50,903 nt of DNA from Saprospiraceae bacterium (GTDB lineage: Bacteria > Bacteroidota > Bacteroidia > Chitinophagales > Saprospiraceae), in NCBI GenBank assembly GCA_046314415.1, contig JBKBWT010000001.1, positions 1,160-52,062 of the forward strand, in the 5' to 3' direction. The notes beneath the pieces are model-generated. The model worked only from the letters and a program-made list of their open reading frames with translations. It ran no database searches and was not told the origin of the DNA. Made by a program: the position numbers and the translations under genes. Position 1 is the first letter of the stretch, and every line of letters starts with the position of its first letter. Positions 27,397 to 36,377 of the stretch are shown here, one piece after another.

Positions 27397-27660
27397 AACT
27401 CGCCTAGCATGCAGATTGCACAAGACGAATTGTATTATATTCCATTATAATATTATAGTACTAAATAATAAAATGCGGAATAAATTACTACCCTAGCAGC
27501 ACTAAAACAAACTGCTTAGCTTCAATTCAACGAACGCTCAGCAACACCTGTGCATTGGTATTGCGCTTTTACATTTGATGTAATCATATATTTATTTGAT
27601 GCTGATTTTGCGGGCTGTGGTAAAAACCAAGGAAGGCACAATTATCCAAAAAGTAGGAAA

Positions 27661-27687
27661 CCCCTGTAAATCATAGACTTACAGAGG
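27661..27687 (-). terminator. probable ancestral terminator of the tRNA-Met gene, displaced by the island insertion
   Basis: This 9-bp hairpin is fully paired on the minus strand apart from one position, which is a G-U wobble there but a C-A mismatch on the plus strand. It lies directly downstream (in the minus sense) of the duplicated tRNA 3' end at 27696-27710. Confidence 0.4.
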
Positions 27688-27695
27688 TCTTTTTT

Positions 27696-27710
27696 GTAGC
27701 GGCGACAGGA
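27696..27710. repeat. attL: 15-bp direct repeat GTAGCGGCGACAGGA (duplicate of the tRNA-Met 3' end)
   Basis: It is identical to 37328-37342. The flanking T-runs are also similar (TTTTT-GTAGC versus TTTTTCGTAGC). Confidence 0.8.
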
Positions 27711-27862
27711 ATTGTATGTTTACAAACTGCAATAAACTTTGAAAAATATTTTTCTCTCCTTTTTACCTGATAATCAGTTTATTACAAGTTTTTATTTATC
27801 AAAGTTTGTCTTTTTGAATAATTTTATTGTAGTAAATAGATACTAATTTCGTACTAATAAGT

Positions 27863-27870
27863 TACTTTTG
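27863..27870 (+). promoter_or_regulatory. candidate -7 box TACTTTTG (TAnnTTTG) upstream of the integrase gene
   Basis: Motif match 14 nt upstream of the integrase ATG, which implies a very short leader. Confidence 0.25.
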
Positions 27871-27883
27871 TATTCAGATACAA

Positions 27884-29194
27884 ATGCAAAAAAAAAATAG
27901 TACGATGCCAATACACCGAGGAACGCCTAAAGTAAGATTTAACCTTCAACCGGCTAAGGCTGGAGCCACTCAATACATTATCCTGTTTTTCCATTATCCG
28001 TATCGAGGGGAAACCGTCCGTTTTCGCTTTTCGACAGGTTATCGGGTGGATCCGAAGCATTGGTCAAAAGATACACAGCGCGTAAAGTTTACCAGGGCGT
28101 TACCAGAATGCCAGGAAATAAACAACCGGCTGAACGAACTGGAAAACCACACTATTGCAATTTGGGAGGAAAACAAAAAGAATCCTATTCACCCGGAAGA
28201 TTTCCGGCAGGAGCTTATCTATAAAATGGGCTGGTTATTCCGACCGGAAGAAACCAAACAAACCCCTACCCTTTTCCAGTTTATCGAAGTATTCATTCAG
28301 CAAGAGCAAGCCAAAGCCAACGCAGAGCGGGGAACCTGGAAAAAATACCTTACGACCTTCAACCACTTAAAAGCATTCGCCAAAGACACCGGGAAGCCAG
28401 TAGATTACCAAGACATTAATTGGCAATTTCGCCACGCCTTTTCAGAATGGTGTTTCGCAGCGCCGCGCAAACACTCCGCCAACACAGTAAATAAAAGCCT
28501 GGACACTATCCGCAAATTTATGCGGGAAGCACTCAAAGCTGGCTACCACAGCAACAGCATTTTTGAGCAAAAAGGATTTTCGATAAAGCGGGTAAAGGTC
28601 AGGAATAAAGTGAGGTTAGATCGGAACGAACTGCAAACCCTTTTGGAGCTTGATTTTTCACACACGCCGCGCCTGGAGCGCGTACGCGATCTTTTCATCG
28701 TAGGCGCTTATTCTGGACAGCGGTATAGTGATTGGAATCAGATCAACCGGGAAAGCGTGTTTGTGAATGAAAAAGGCAAAGAAATGGTGAAAGTTATGAC
28801 CACCAAAACGCGCAAACAGGTAATTATTCCGGTGCTGCCTGAGCTTAAAAAAGTGCTGGAAAAATACGAGTACCAACTCCCTGAATTGGCAATCCAAAAC
28901 TTTAACACCTGGCTGAAAGAAGTCTTTGAAATTGCCTTTGCCGATGCTAAGTTTTTGCGGATTTACAGCGAAGGCGGCAACACCAAAAGCGAAATTATAG
29001 AAAAATGGAAGAAAGCATCTTCCCACGCTGCCCGGCGCTCGTTTGTCTCTAATTTCTTGTTATTAGGCATTCCAGCAAAGTTAATTATGCAGATCACCGG
29101 ACACGCCACAGAAAAGCAGCTATACGAGTACGCAGATATTGAGCCGGAAGAAATTGCAGAGAAGTTCCTCAATGAAGTAGAGGCGAGAAAGTAA
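27884..29194 (+). CDS. int: site-specific tyrosine recombinase (phage integrase family, Bacteroidota type with N-terminal arm-binding domain)
   Basis: 436-aa ORF. The catalytic signature is present: GQRYSD (Arg), SHAARRSF (H-x-x-R) and TGHATEKQLYEYADI (His...Tyr). Confidence 0.92.
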   Translation: MQKKNSTMPIHRGTPKVRFNLQPAKAGATQYIILFFHYPYRGETVRFRFSTGYRVDPKHWSKDTQRVKFTRALPECQEINNRLNELENHTIAIWEENKKNPIHPEDFRQELIYKMGWLFRPEETKQTPTLFQFIEVFIQQEQAKANAERGTWKKYLTTFNHLKAFAKDTGKPVDYQDINWQFRHAFSEWCFAAPRKHSANTVNKSLDTIRKFMREALKAGYHSNSIFEQKGFSIKRVKVRNKVRLDRNELQTLLELDFSHTPRLERVRDLFIVGAYSGQRYSDWNQINRESVFVNEKGKEMVKVMTTKTRKQVIIPVLPELKKVLEKYEYQLPELAIQNFNTWLKEVFEIAFADAKFLRIYSEGGNTKSEIIEKWKKASSHAARRSFVSNFLLLGIPAKLIMQITGHATEKQLYEYADIEPEEIAEKFLNEVEARK

Positions 29195-29339
29195 ATAATT
29201 TGCTTACACTTTAAACATAAAATAATTACACTGTACGATGACTTTAACCGACTTGTAACGATGACGTAAAAAACCGGCGCTGACACTCCGCCAAGACTGA
29301 ACAGCGCCGGAATTTTTAAAGCTAAAAATTTTTACAAAG

Positions 29340-30821
29340 ATGCGTATTTCCAAGCAATTGCCCAAACGGGGCGAGTTTTGGGATAGGTACGCCGGTTTAG
29401 TACCGACGTTGAACAAACTATCCTACTTAACGCAGCTCATTAGCTTCTTATCTGAGCTGTCCGTTTTCTACCTGCTTATTAAGCCAAAAGTGCAAGAGGT
29501 TGCACCCGATCACGCGCACGGCATAGCCATTGCCGGGGCGCTAGTTGTGGCGCTCACTGTTGAAATTGGCGTAAGAACCTTTTTCCCCTACACAGTAAAG
29601 ACGGTTTTGTATCGGCGTTGGTCCGGGCTGGATTTGCCAATGTCGCTGTTTATTTGGGCTTTCACCCTGGGTTTATTTGGCGTTTCGCTATTCACCAGCT
29701 TTCAAGGCAGCCACGACGTCGTTTATGATGCAATGACCACCGGAAAGAGCCGGGATCGTATCGAGCAAACGCTCACTGGTGAAACGGAATCCATTTTAAA
29801 GCGATTTGCGGCGGACAGCCTCCAGACGGCGCAAAGCTACGACGGGCAAATAATCGCTTTGCGTGAAGCAGAGAACGCAGCCGTGACCGCAAAACGGGAA
29901 CAACTGCGGAGCATCGAAAAACGCGAAGCTGCAACCGGGCAAAGCTACCTTTCGCAAAAGTCAAAGTTGCGGGAAGCGATTGCCGCTATTACTGCGGAGA
30001 ATGCTGCTAAAATTGCCGATCTGCAAAGCAAGAAAGCCGATGCCCTTTCTACCCTACTTGCCAAACGCGAAACCAAGACCGGCGAAGCTAAAGACCTGGC
30101 TTCAAATGGTGTTGCACATCTGGAGCAAAAAGGCACAAAATACGGTGGTTGGGTAGCATGGTTCACCGTCATTTGCCACGCATTTTTAGCTATTGCAATC
30201 ACAATGAATGAGATCGTCAAAAAGGGAAGCGACATTCAGGAAAAGCCAATCTTATCAACCTTCCATTTTGACCCGTCCGTTGTCGCTGAATGGTGGGGCG
30301 TACTTTCCAATAAGTACCAGGTGTGGGCGCGTACCAAAATACGCACCTGGGCAGAGAAAACGCCGGAGCCGCCAAAGCCTGGAGCATTACCGGTGCTTTA
30401 CGAGCATGAGCCACAGCAACCGCGGGTTGTGATTGGTGGGTTTATGCCTAATGGCTCCATTACTAATGCAGCAAGCAATTCAAGCGCTAATGCAGGAGGT
30501 ACTAATGCAACCATTAGTAATGCAAGCCCATTTGTCAGCAATTGCCAACATTGTGGCAATGGTTTTGAGACTTTCGACAAGTCGGTTATTACCTGCGATG
30601 AATGCCTGGGGAAAGCAGCGAATGAGGCGACAAACGGTAATACGCCTAATGCAACCATTAGCATGGGGCAAAAACAATGCGAATTGCCTTCTTGCGGCGC
30701 TGCCTTTACGCCAAAAGTGAATTGGCAAAAATACTGTTGTCAAACGCACCAAATGCAACACCACGCTGAAAAGCACGGCAAACCCTTTGACCCTGCTAAG
30801 TTTCACAATAAAAAGCCATAA
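29340..30821 (+). CDS. hypothetical membrane protein with a long coiled coil and C-terminal Cys-rich (zinc-ribbon-like) region
   Basis: 493-aa ORF with about 4 TM segments (aa ~27-48, 61-83, 100-121, 270-289). An Ala/Glu/Lys-rich helical region spans aa ~140-260. The Cys-rich motifs are CQHC...CDEC (aa 402-422) and CELPSC...CCQTHQMQHH (aa 447-475). Confidence 0.6.
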   Translation: MRISKQLPKRGEFWDRYAGLVPTLNKLSYLTQLISFLSELSVFYLLIKPKVQEVAPDHAHGIAIAGALVVALTVEIGVRTFFPYTVKTVLYRRWSGLDLPMSLFIWAFTLGLFGVSLFTSFQGSHDVVYDAMTTGKSRDRIEQTLTGETESILKRFAADSLQTAQSYDGQIIALREAENAAVTAKREQLRSIEKREAATGQSYLSQKSKLREAIAAITAENAAKIADLQSKKADALSTLLAKRETKTGEAKDLASNGVAHLEQKGTKYGGWVAWFTVICHAFLAIAITMNEIVKKGSDIQEKPILSTFHFDPSVVAEWWGVLSNKYQVWARTKIRTWAEKTPEPPKPGALPVLYEHEPQQPRVVIGGFMPNGSITNAASNSSANAGGTNATISNASPFVSNCQHCGNGFETFDKSVITCDECLGKAANEATNGNTPNATISMGQKQCELPSCGAAFTPKVNWQKYCCQTHQMQHHAEKHGKPFDPAKFHNKKP

Positions 30822-30824
30822 GCA

Positions 30825-31067
30825 ATGAAATGGATAATCAATCTATGCCACGATACAAAAGCAAGTTCCGAAGGTGAAAAATATTATATCAATGCTTATA
30901 AAAATGGTAAAGTGGTAAATGCAACCACTCATTTATTTAGCAAGGAAATAAAAGTTAAACCCGTTGTCGGCAATCAAATTCACCACGGAAATGCTATTTA
31001 CCAGATCAAAAAGGTTGAGCAAATTACCGCATTTGGAGACGATAACCATTATATGATTTTTGTATAA
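30825..31067 (+). CDS. hypothetical protein (80 aa)
   Basis: ATG-initiated ORF 3 nt after the preceding stop. I recognise no family. Confidence 0.5.
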   Translation: MKWIINLCHDTKASSEGEKYYINAYKNGKVVNATTHLFSKEIKVKPVVGNQIHHGNAIYQIKKVEQITAFGDDNHYMIFV

Positions 31068-31084
31068 TTCGTAAGTAAATAACC

Positions 31085-31369
31085 ATGAATAATAAACCAA
31101 TAGAAAGCCCTGAAAACAAAGCTTTAGCCATTTTGGACGATGCACAAATCAAAGACCCGGCAGACGCATTAGAAATGCTCGAATGTCTGGGTAATGTATT
31201 CGCCTTTTACTTTGGGCATTTCCCAAGGATAAGAGGCGTAGAATTCGATGAGGAATGGACGGATAAAGTTTTTTATGTACATGAAAAATTGGCAGAGCTT
31301 GTAAAGAAAGGGCATCTTTTACTAAATGAAGTTTCAAAAAAGACTGATTGTCAAACCATTAAAAAGTAA
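31085..31369 (+). CDS. hypothetical protein (94 aa), paralog of the next ORF
   Basis: It shares the motif L..L.n.F.FY..H.P.I.G ... Y.V...L..L with 31375..31641. Confidence 0.55.
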   Translation: MNNKPIESPENKALAILDDAQIKDPADALEMLECLGNVFAFYFGHFPRIRGVEFDEEWTDKVFYVHEKLAELVKKGHLLLNEVSKKTDCQTIKK

Positions 31370-31374
31370 ATAAC

Positions 31375-31641
31375 ATGTCAGCAATATTATATGAATATAA
31401 AGCACCACAGCAAGATTTTAACCCGGAGGAAATCCTCGAACGGGCTGGATTACGAGAGCTTGATTTGAATATCAAGTCTTTACAAATTCTCAATGAAATG
31501 TTTGTGTTCTACCTGGCACACTATCCTCAAATATTTGGCTTGCCTTGTGATAGCCGTTTTCACGATATATACGGGGTGTGCGACCGGCTTTCTGGCTTGA
31601 TCGTCAATGCTCAACTCTATTTTGAAAAACAAGAAGAATGA
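31375..31641 (+). CDS. hypothetical protein (88 aa), paralog of the previous ORF
   Basis: Compare LQILNEMFVFYLAHYPQIFG here with LECLGNVFAFYFGHFPRIRG in the preceding ORF. Confidence 0.55.
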   Translation: MSAILYEYKAPQQDFNPEEILERAGLRELDLNIKSLQILNEMFVFYLAHYPQIFGLPCDSRFHDIYGVCDRLSGLIVNAQLYFEKQEE

Positions 31642-32011
31642 CCTGGAGTAAGTGTCCACCCGTTTTTAAGCGTGTGGACACACTAACTAATGTAATACGA
31701 TAAAAAAAATTGATTTTTTTTTGTAACAGTCAGTAGGATATAATTTATTGACAATTAAGTTAAGTATAATCATAAAATTGAAATTAAACACCTTTTTTTA
31801 TCGTACTACATTGGTTTTCAAAGCGTGGGGTATTGCAAAATTATCACTGTTTTGTTACTTTTGTTGCAGCTACTAGGGATAACAAGTCAAACCCACGCTA
31901 TCAAAACACATCATTGAACGCTTTCTAAAAAACTACGGAAAAGATAAGACCTGTCAATTTTAATGCTACGCATTAAGCGTACCAATATTTTATCATTTAT
32001 TCAATAATAGT

Positions 32012-32302
32012 TTGAAAATGAAGCAATTAACCATTCTTGCAAAAAAGATTGAGGCACTTACTTTAGAGGTGCAAGCTATTCGGTACTGCATGGAATCCCC
32101 TTCCGTTCCTGGTAATTTTAAAGACAGTGATCTTTTAACAAAACAAGAGGTTGCAGCGCTTTTAAGTGTTTCGTTATCAAGCATTAACGTGTACATGAAA
32201 AACGGAACATTAAAGCCATTGCATTTTGGTACGGGTAAGCGGAAAATTGTCCGTTTTCGCCGGTCGGATGTGCAATTACTCATTTCACAAAAAGCGGCGT
32301 AA
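32012..32302 (+). CDS. excisionase-type helix-turn-helix DNA-binding protein (likely start ATG at 32018)
   Basis: LLTKQEVAALLSVSLSSINVYMKNGTLKPLHFG...IVRFRRSDVQLLI is the MerR/excisionase-like HTH_17 pattern. The track start is TTG. Confidence 0.7.
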   Translation: MKMKQLTILAKKIEALTLEVQAIRYCMESPSVPGNFKDSDLLTKQEVAALLSVSLSSINVYMKNGTLKPLHFGTGKRKIVRFRRSDVQLLISQKAA

Positions 32303-32622
32303 TGGAAAACCCATTTGAAATACTTTCACAGAAATTAGATCAGGTGTTAACGGAGCTTTCAGAGCTTAAAACGAAGCACCAGGAGCCACCGGCAGCGCCT
32401 ACACCGGCGCCACCGGCATTAGAGCCTGAAAAGCGATTTTACAAGGTAAAAGAAGCTGCTTTTATTTTAAGTTGTTCAGCCGGTACGATTCGCGGGTACA
32501 TCAGAACGGGGAAATTGAAAGCTATAAAGAATGGGCGAGGCATAAACGGAACAGTACGAATAGAAAACACTGAAATTGAGCGATTTATCCAATCTATGAA
32601 ACAAAAAAAGGTTGACCTATGA
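32302..32622 (+). CDS. excisionase-type helix-turn-helix DNA-binding protein
   Basis: FYKVKEAAFILSCSAGTIRGYIRTGKLKAIKNG...VRIENTEIERFI matches the same HTH pattern. The start overlaps the previous stop (TAATG). Confidence 0.7.
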   Translation: MENPFEILSQKLDQVLTELSELKTKHQEPPAAPTPAPPALEPEKRFYKVKEAAFILSCSAGTIRGYIRTGKLKAIKNGRGINGTVRIENTEIERFIQSMKQKKVDL

Positions 32623-33968
32623 CAGCCAAACCTTCTAAACGAAATTTTACGAATAATACGGGCAAAGATAACGGGTTATTGCCTGAAAATCAAGCGGAAA
32701 CGAAAAAAGTTGTCGTTATTCCTGCTGGTGCAGATGCAAACGAGCCAACCAGACAGGAACAAGCGGATTCAGAACAAAGCGAAGGCAAGTTAGACCCACG
32801 TTTAAAAAACCTGGAGGACAAACTCCGCAAAAAGTGGACTTTCCGGTATAATTCTGTTACTTGCTCAACGGAAATTCAAAATGGCAAAAAATGGACTCGC
32901 TTAGATGATTTTACCCTGCATTCAATTGTAAGAGAATTAAGAAAAGAAGGCGTTGCACTTGCCAGTAAAACCCGCGTTGCTGAATTGCTAGAAAGTGATT
33001 TTTGCAAGAAGGTAAATCCAATTGAACAATATTTTGAGAACCTCCCAAAACCTGGCAACCGTGACTACATTTTAGACCTGGCAAAAACCGTAATGCCAAC
33101 AGATGATTATACTATTGAAACCTTTTACAAATTTTTCAAAAAATGGTTGGTTGGCGCTGTTGCCAACGTCTTTATAAAAGATCGATGTGCAAACCAGGTT
33201 TGTTTTATTCTTTCCGGGAAACAAGGCGCTTTTAAATCTACCTGGATTCGCAATTTATGCCCTCCAGCGCTGGAGCCGTACTACATTGAAGGCGGTTTAG
33301 ACCCCGATGATAAAGACAGCATTGCCGCCACTACATCAAATTTCATATTCAATTTAGATGACTACTTCGCGGGAATCACTTCGCGTAAGATCAACGAATT
33401 CAAAGGGTTATTAACAAAAAATACGGTCAAGATACGCCGACCGTATGCCCGTTATTCCGAGGAAATGCCCAAAATCTGTTCGTTCATTGCGTCATCCAAC
33501 GAACAAACATTCCTCCATGATCCGACCGGCAACCGGCGCTTTTTGCCTTTTGAGGTGCAAGCGATTGACATTGAAGCCGCTAAGAAGATAGATATTAATT
33601 CAGTTTGGGCGAAGGCTTACCAGGAATATAAAGCAGGCTTTGAATATTGGCTGACTAAAGATGACCAAACAGAATTGGAAAGACATAATACCAGGTTTGA
33701 AGTTCAAAGTTCTGAGTATGAGTTATTAGTGCAATGCTTTAGAAAGCCGGAAACCGGGGAAAAAGGTATAATGCTTACCACGCAAAACGTCATTGATAGA
33801 ATAAAGGAAAACCTTGGTACTTCTATGACATTTTCCCAAAAGAAGATAGGAGAGGCGCTGCGAAAAGCAGGCTTCGAGCGGAAATCTTGCAGAGTTGGAG
33901 GAAAAGCGCCGGTTTATGCCTGGGAAGTAATGACAGTTGAAATGCCAGACATAGAAGGCGAAAAATAA
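32619..33968 (+). CDS. VirE-family (virulence-associated protein E-like) P-loop NTPase, replication helicase/primase-associated
   Basis: 449-aa ORF. It has a Walker-A-like LSGKQGAFKSTW, then FNLDDY...EFKGLLT...IRRPYARY...ICSFIASSNEQTFLHDPTGNRRFLPFEV, which matches the VirE (PF05272) pattern. It has an ATGA start/stop overlap with the upstream ORF. Confidence 0.85.
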   Translation: MTAKPSKRNFTNNTGKDNGLLPENQAETKKVVVIPAGADANEPTRQEQADSEQSEGKLDPRLKNLEDKLRKKWTFRYNSVTCSTEIQNGKKWTRLDDFTLHSIVRELRKEGVALASKTRVAELLESDFCKKVNPIEQYFENLPKPGNRDYILDLAKTVMPTDDYTIETFYKFFKKWLVGAVANVFIKDRCANQVCFILSGKQGAFKSTWIRNLCPPALEPYYIEGGLDPDDKDSIAATTSNFIFNLDDYFAGITSRKINEFKGLLTKNTVKIRRPYARYSEEMPKICSFIASSNEQTFLHDPTGNRRFLPFEVQAIDIEAAKKIDINSVWAKAYQEYKAGFEYWLTKDDQTELERHNTRFEVQSSEYELLVQCFRKPETGEKGIMLTTQNVIDRIKENLGTSMTFSQKKIGEALRKAGFERKSCRVGGKAPVYAWEVMTVEMPDIEGEK

Positions 33969-33986
33969 CAGTCTTTTGCTCATTTT

Positions 33987-34194
33987 ACTTACTACATCTT
34001 ACTACAAGTAAGTAAACAATTGAAATACAGATACTTAAATGTAGTAAGATAGATTTTGGAAGTTACTACAAAGTTACTACAACTTACTACAAAGTGAATT
34101 GTAGTAAGTTTTACTGAAAGCAAAAGAATATCTTACTACACTGTAAGTAATTAATTATCAATAAAATACAGTGGTTTGTAGTAACGTAGTAAGA
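33987..34194. repeat. iteron-like array: 10 copies of the core TTACTACA (6 forward, 4 inverted) within 208 bp
   Basis: Forward copies are at 33987, 33997, 34061, 34072, 34082 and 34131. Inverted copies (TGTAGTAA / GTAGTAAG) are at 34040, 34100, 34177 and 34185. The array lies between the VirE-like and primase-like genes. Confidence 0.85.
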
Positions 34195-34235
34195 TAAAAC
34201 ACCAAAGTTCAAAACTTTTTAAAATTTACTTAATC

Positions 34236-35282
34236 ATGGAATCAGTTTTGAATGTGAATGTAAGTTGTTTTGCCAACTACACCAGCGCAGACAACCCGCG
34301 CCCGGTGAACCTTTTGCGCTGGCTGACTTCCGATAAATACCGCGCCGAAGTAGAAGCGATCCGCCAAACCAGCGACAAAGCCGACCGTGACCGATTAAAG
34401 GCAAAATTACCAGCTATCACACCGAGCGGACTATTTACACGCCGGGAAGCTGGCTGTTTGGTGCAACATTCCGGTTTACTCCAGTTTGATATTGACTTCA
34501 AAGAAAACCAGCACATTGCCAATTTTCCAGACCTCAAAAAGCAGCTGTGCAATATCAAAAACGTGGCTTATTGCGGGTTATCCGTTTCCGGCGCTGGCTA
34601 CTGGGGTTTGATACCCATATCGGAGCCACAGCGCCATAAAGAACACTTTGAAGCCTTGCGCCAATACTTTGCCGACCTTGGGGTAATGCTTGACGATAAG
34701 CCCAAAAACGTGGCTTCTTTGCGTGGCTATTCCTACGACCCGGAAGGATATTTCAACCACAGCGCCACGCCTTACCGGCAGTATATCCAAGCGGAGCCGG
34801 AACGATACGAGCGCCGATCAGCGCCACAGCCGCGCCCACAGTCCACAGAAGCGGAAAAGGTAGAGGCGATCCTTTCACAGATCAATGCAGGACGCATAGA
34901 TATTACCGGCAGCTATGGCGATTGGTTTGCAATCGGGTGCGCCCTGGCTAATACCTTTGGCGAAGCTGGCAGGGATTACTTTCACCAGCTGAGCCAATAT
35001 CACAGCGAGTATAGCTATAAGAACACAGACCGGCAGTTTGACCACTGCAAGCGAGGCAAGGGAGGCAAAAGCATTGCCACACTATACGAGATTGCAGAAC
35101 GGTACGGCGTACTTTACCGCAATGGATTGAGCGCCGCTCCAGCGCCACCACAGCGCCACCAGGCAGCAAAAAGAAACGCATTGCCACCAGGTCACACGGT
35201 AAAGCAGTTCACTAGCGTGCTGACTGGTGTATCCTTCGACCTGGAGTTAGACGCGCACGGCATACCGGCAATGTGGCGGTGA
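34236..35282 (+). CDS. primase-like protein (BT4734-like/VirE_N N-terminal domain plus PriCT-type C-terminal domain)
   Basis: 348-aa ORF. The N-terminal part KAKLPAITPSGLFTRREAGCLVQHSGLLQFDIDF matches the BT4734-like pattern. GSYGDWFAIGCALANTFGEAGRDYFHQLSQYHSEY resembles the primase C-terminal (PriCT) motif. Confidence 0.7.
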   Translation: MESVLNVNVSCFANYTSADNPRPVNLLRWLTSDKYRAEVEAIRQTSDKADRDRLKAKLPAITPSGLFTRREAGCLVQHSGLLQFDIDFKENQHIANFPDLKKQLCNIKNVAYCGLSVSGAGYWGLIPISEPQRHKEHFEALRQYFADLGVMLDDKPKNVASLRGYSYDPEGYFNHSATPYRQYIQAEPERYERRSAPQPRPQSTEAEKVEAILSQINAGRIDITGSYGDWFAIGCALANTFGEAGRDYFHQLSQYHSEYSYKNTDRQFDHCKRGKGGKSIATLYEIAERYGVLYRNGLSAAPAPPQRHQAAKRNALPPGHTVKQFTSVLTGVSFDLELDAHGIPAMWR

Positions 35283-35593
35283 AAACTTGCAATTATGCGT
35301 GCATATTTCCCCAAAATTTGCCCAAACTTAATTAAGCAAAAGCAAATCCGCGCCCTAGGGTATATGCGTGTAAGAAGGGTAATATTTTGAAAATCAAGCA
35401 AATAAAAGCCTTAAAACAAATACTTTATATGTCGAGGTATGTTACAAACTTTTTGTGTGAATTAAAATTTTATTTTACAGTATTTATTATTGTTATTTTT
35501 AATTTAAAATGTACCTAAAAAAAGGTAGTAATTCACTGTCCTTTCAAAAAATGACCCTTTTTTGCACCTTGCGACAGCTAAAAAATACTAGCA

Positions 35594-36286
35594 ATGAAGA
35601 AATTTTTTAATCTTCTGAAATCCAAGAAAATGAAGAATTTAGAACCAATTTTGTTAGATGAACGTACCGATCGTTCAGAATTGCAGTTGCTTCAGCTGAA
35701 GCAGCGCCGCGAAGAAAGTTATTCCCTCCTGGAAGCATTGCGCGTTGCCCTTGAAAAACTTTTAGGCGAAGCGCCCGACTTACACCAGATTGAGCAATTT
35801 ATCAGAATTTCAGACGAAAAAAGCGCCACGATTGAAGCTCTTAAAACTTATATGAAGGTCAAGCAAATAGACCTTGATATAGATTTAAATAGTGGATTTC
35901 AGAGCGTTCGCCTTCCTGGGGAGGTAAAGACGTTGGTTGACGCCTGGCAAGCCCTCAATTGGCACTCCCCGGAAGATTTTTCTCCGTATTGGTCGCAAGA
36001 AGATTTTGCCTTTCAACCGCTGCCAATCAACCCGGAAGAAGAAGCGAAAATCAGAGAGCGAAACCGGGTCTATGGTACGCAGGAACTCAATGAAATGTAC
36101 CAACATTTACGCATCAATTGCAACCTGATAAATTTTTATCGCAGGGAGAATCCTACATTACCATTTGATGCCTTTCCAAAAGTTTGGCAACCGTTTTTGA
36201 ACCGGGATGACAAAGGCAATTTTACGGTCAAGGAATCAGAATTTTTGACGCCTGGAGAGACTTACCAGGCGTTTGACGAAAGATAG
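35594..36286 (+). CDS. hypothetical protein (230 aa)
   Basis: ATG-initiated ORF with protein-like composition. I recognise no family. Confidence 0.55.
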   Translation: MKKFFNLLKSKKMKNLEPILLDERTDRSELQLLQLKQRREESYSLLEALRVALEKLLGEAPDLHQIEQFIRISDEKSATIEALKTYMKVKQIDLDIDLNSGFQSVRLPGEVKTLVDAWQALNWHSPEDFSPYWSQEDFAFQPLPINPEEEAKIRERNRVYGTQELNEMYQHLRINCNLINFYRRENPTLPFDAFPKVWQPFLNRDDKGNFTVKESEFLTPGETYQAFDER

Positions 36287-36377
36287 CATCTTGTTTTTTT
36301 ATCATATGTTGGTTAAAATCGTTTTTACTGCCGTCCTTAATTGGACGGCATTTTTCAAATCAAAATGAATAATTATC

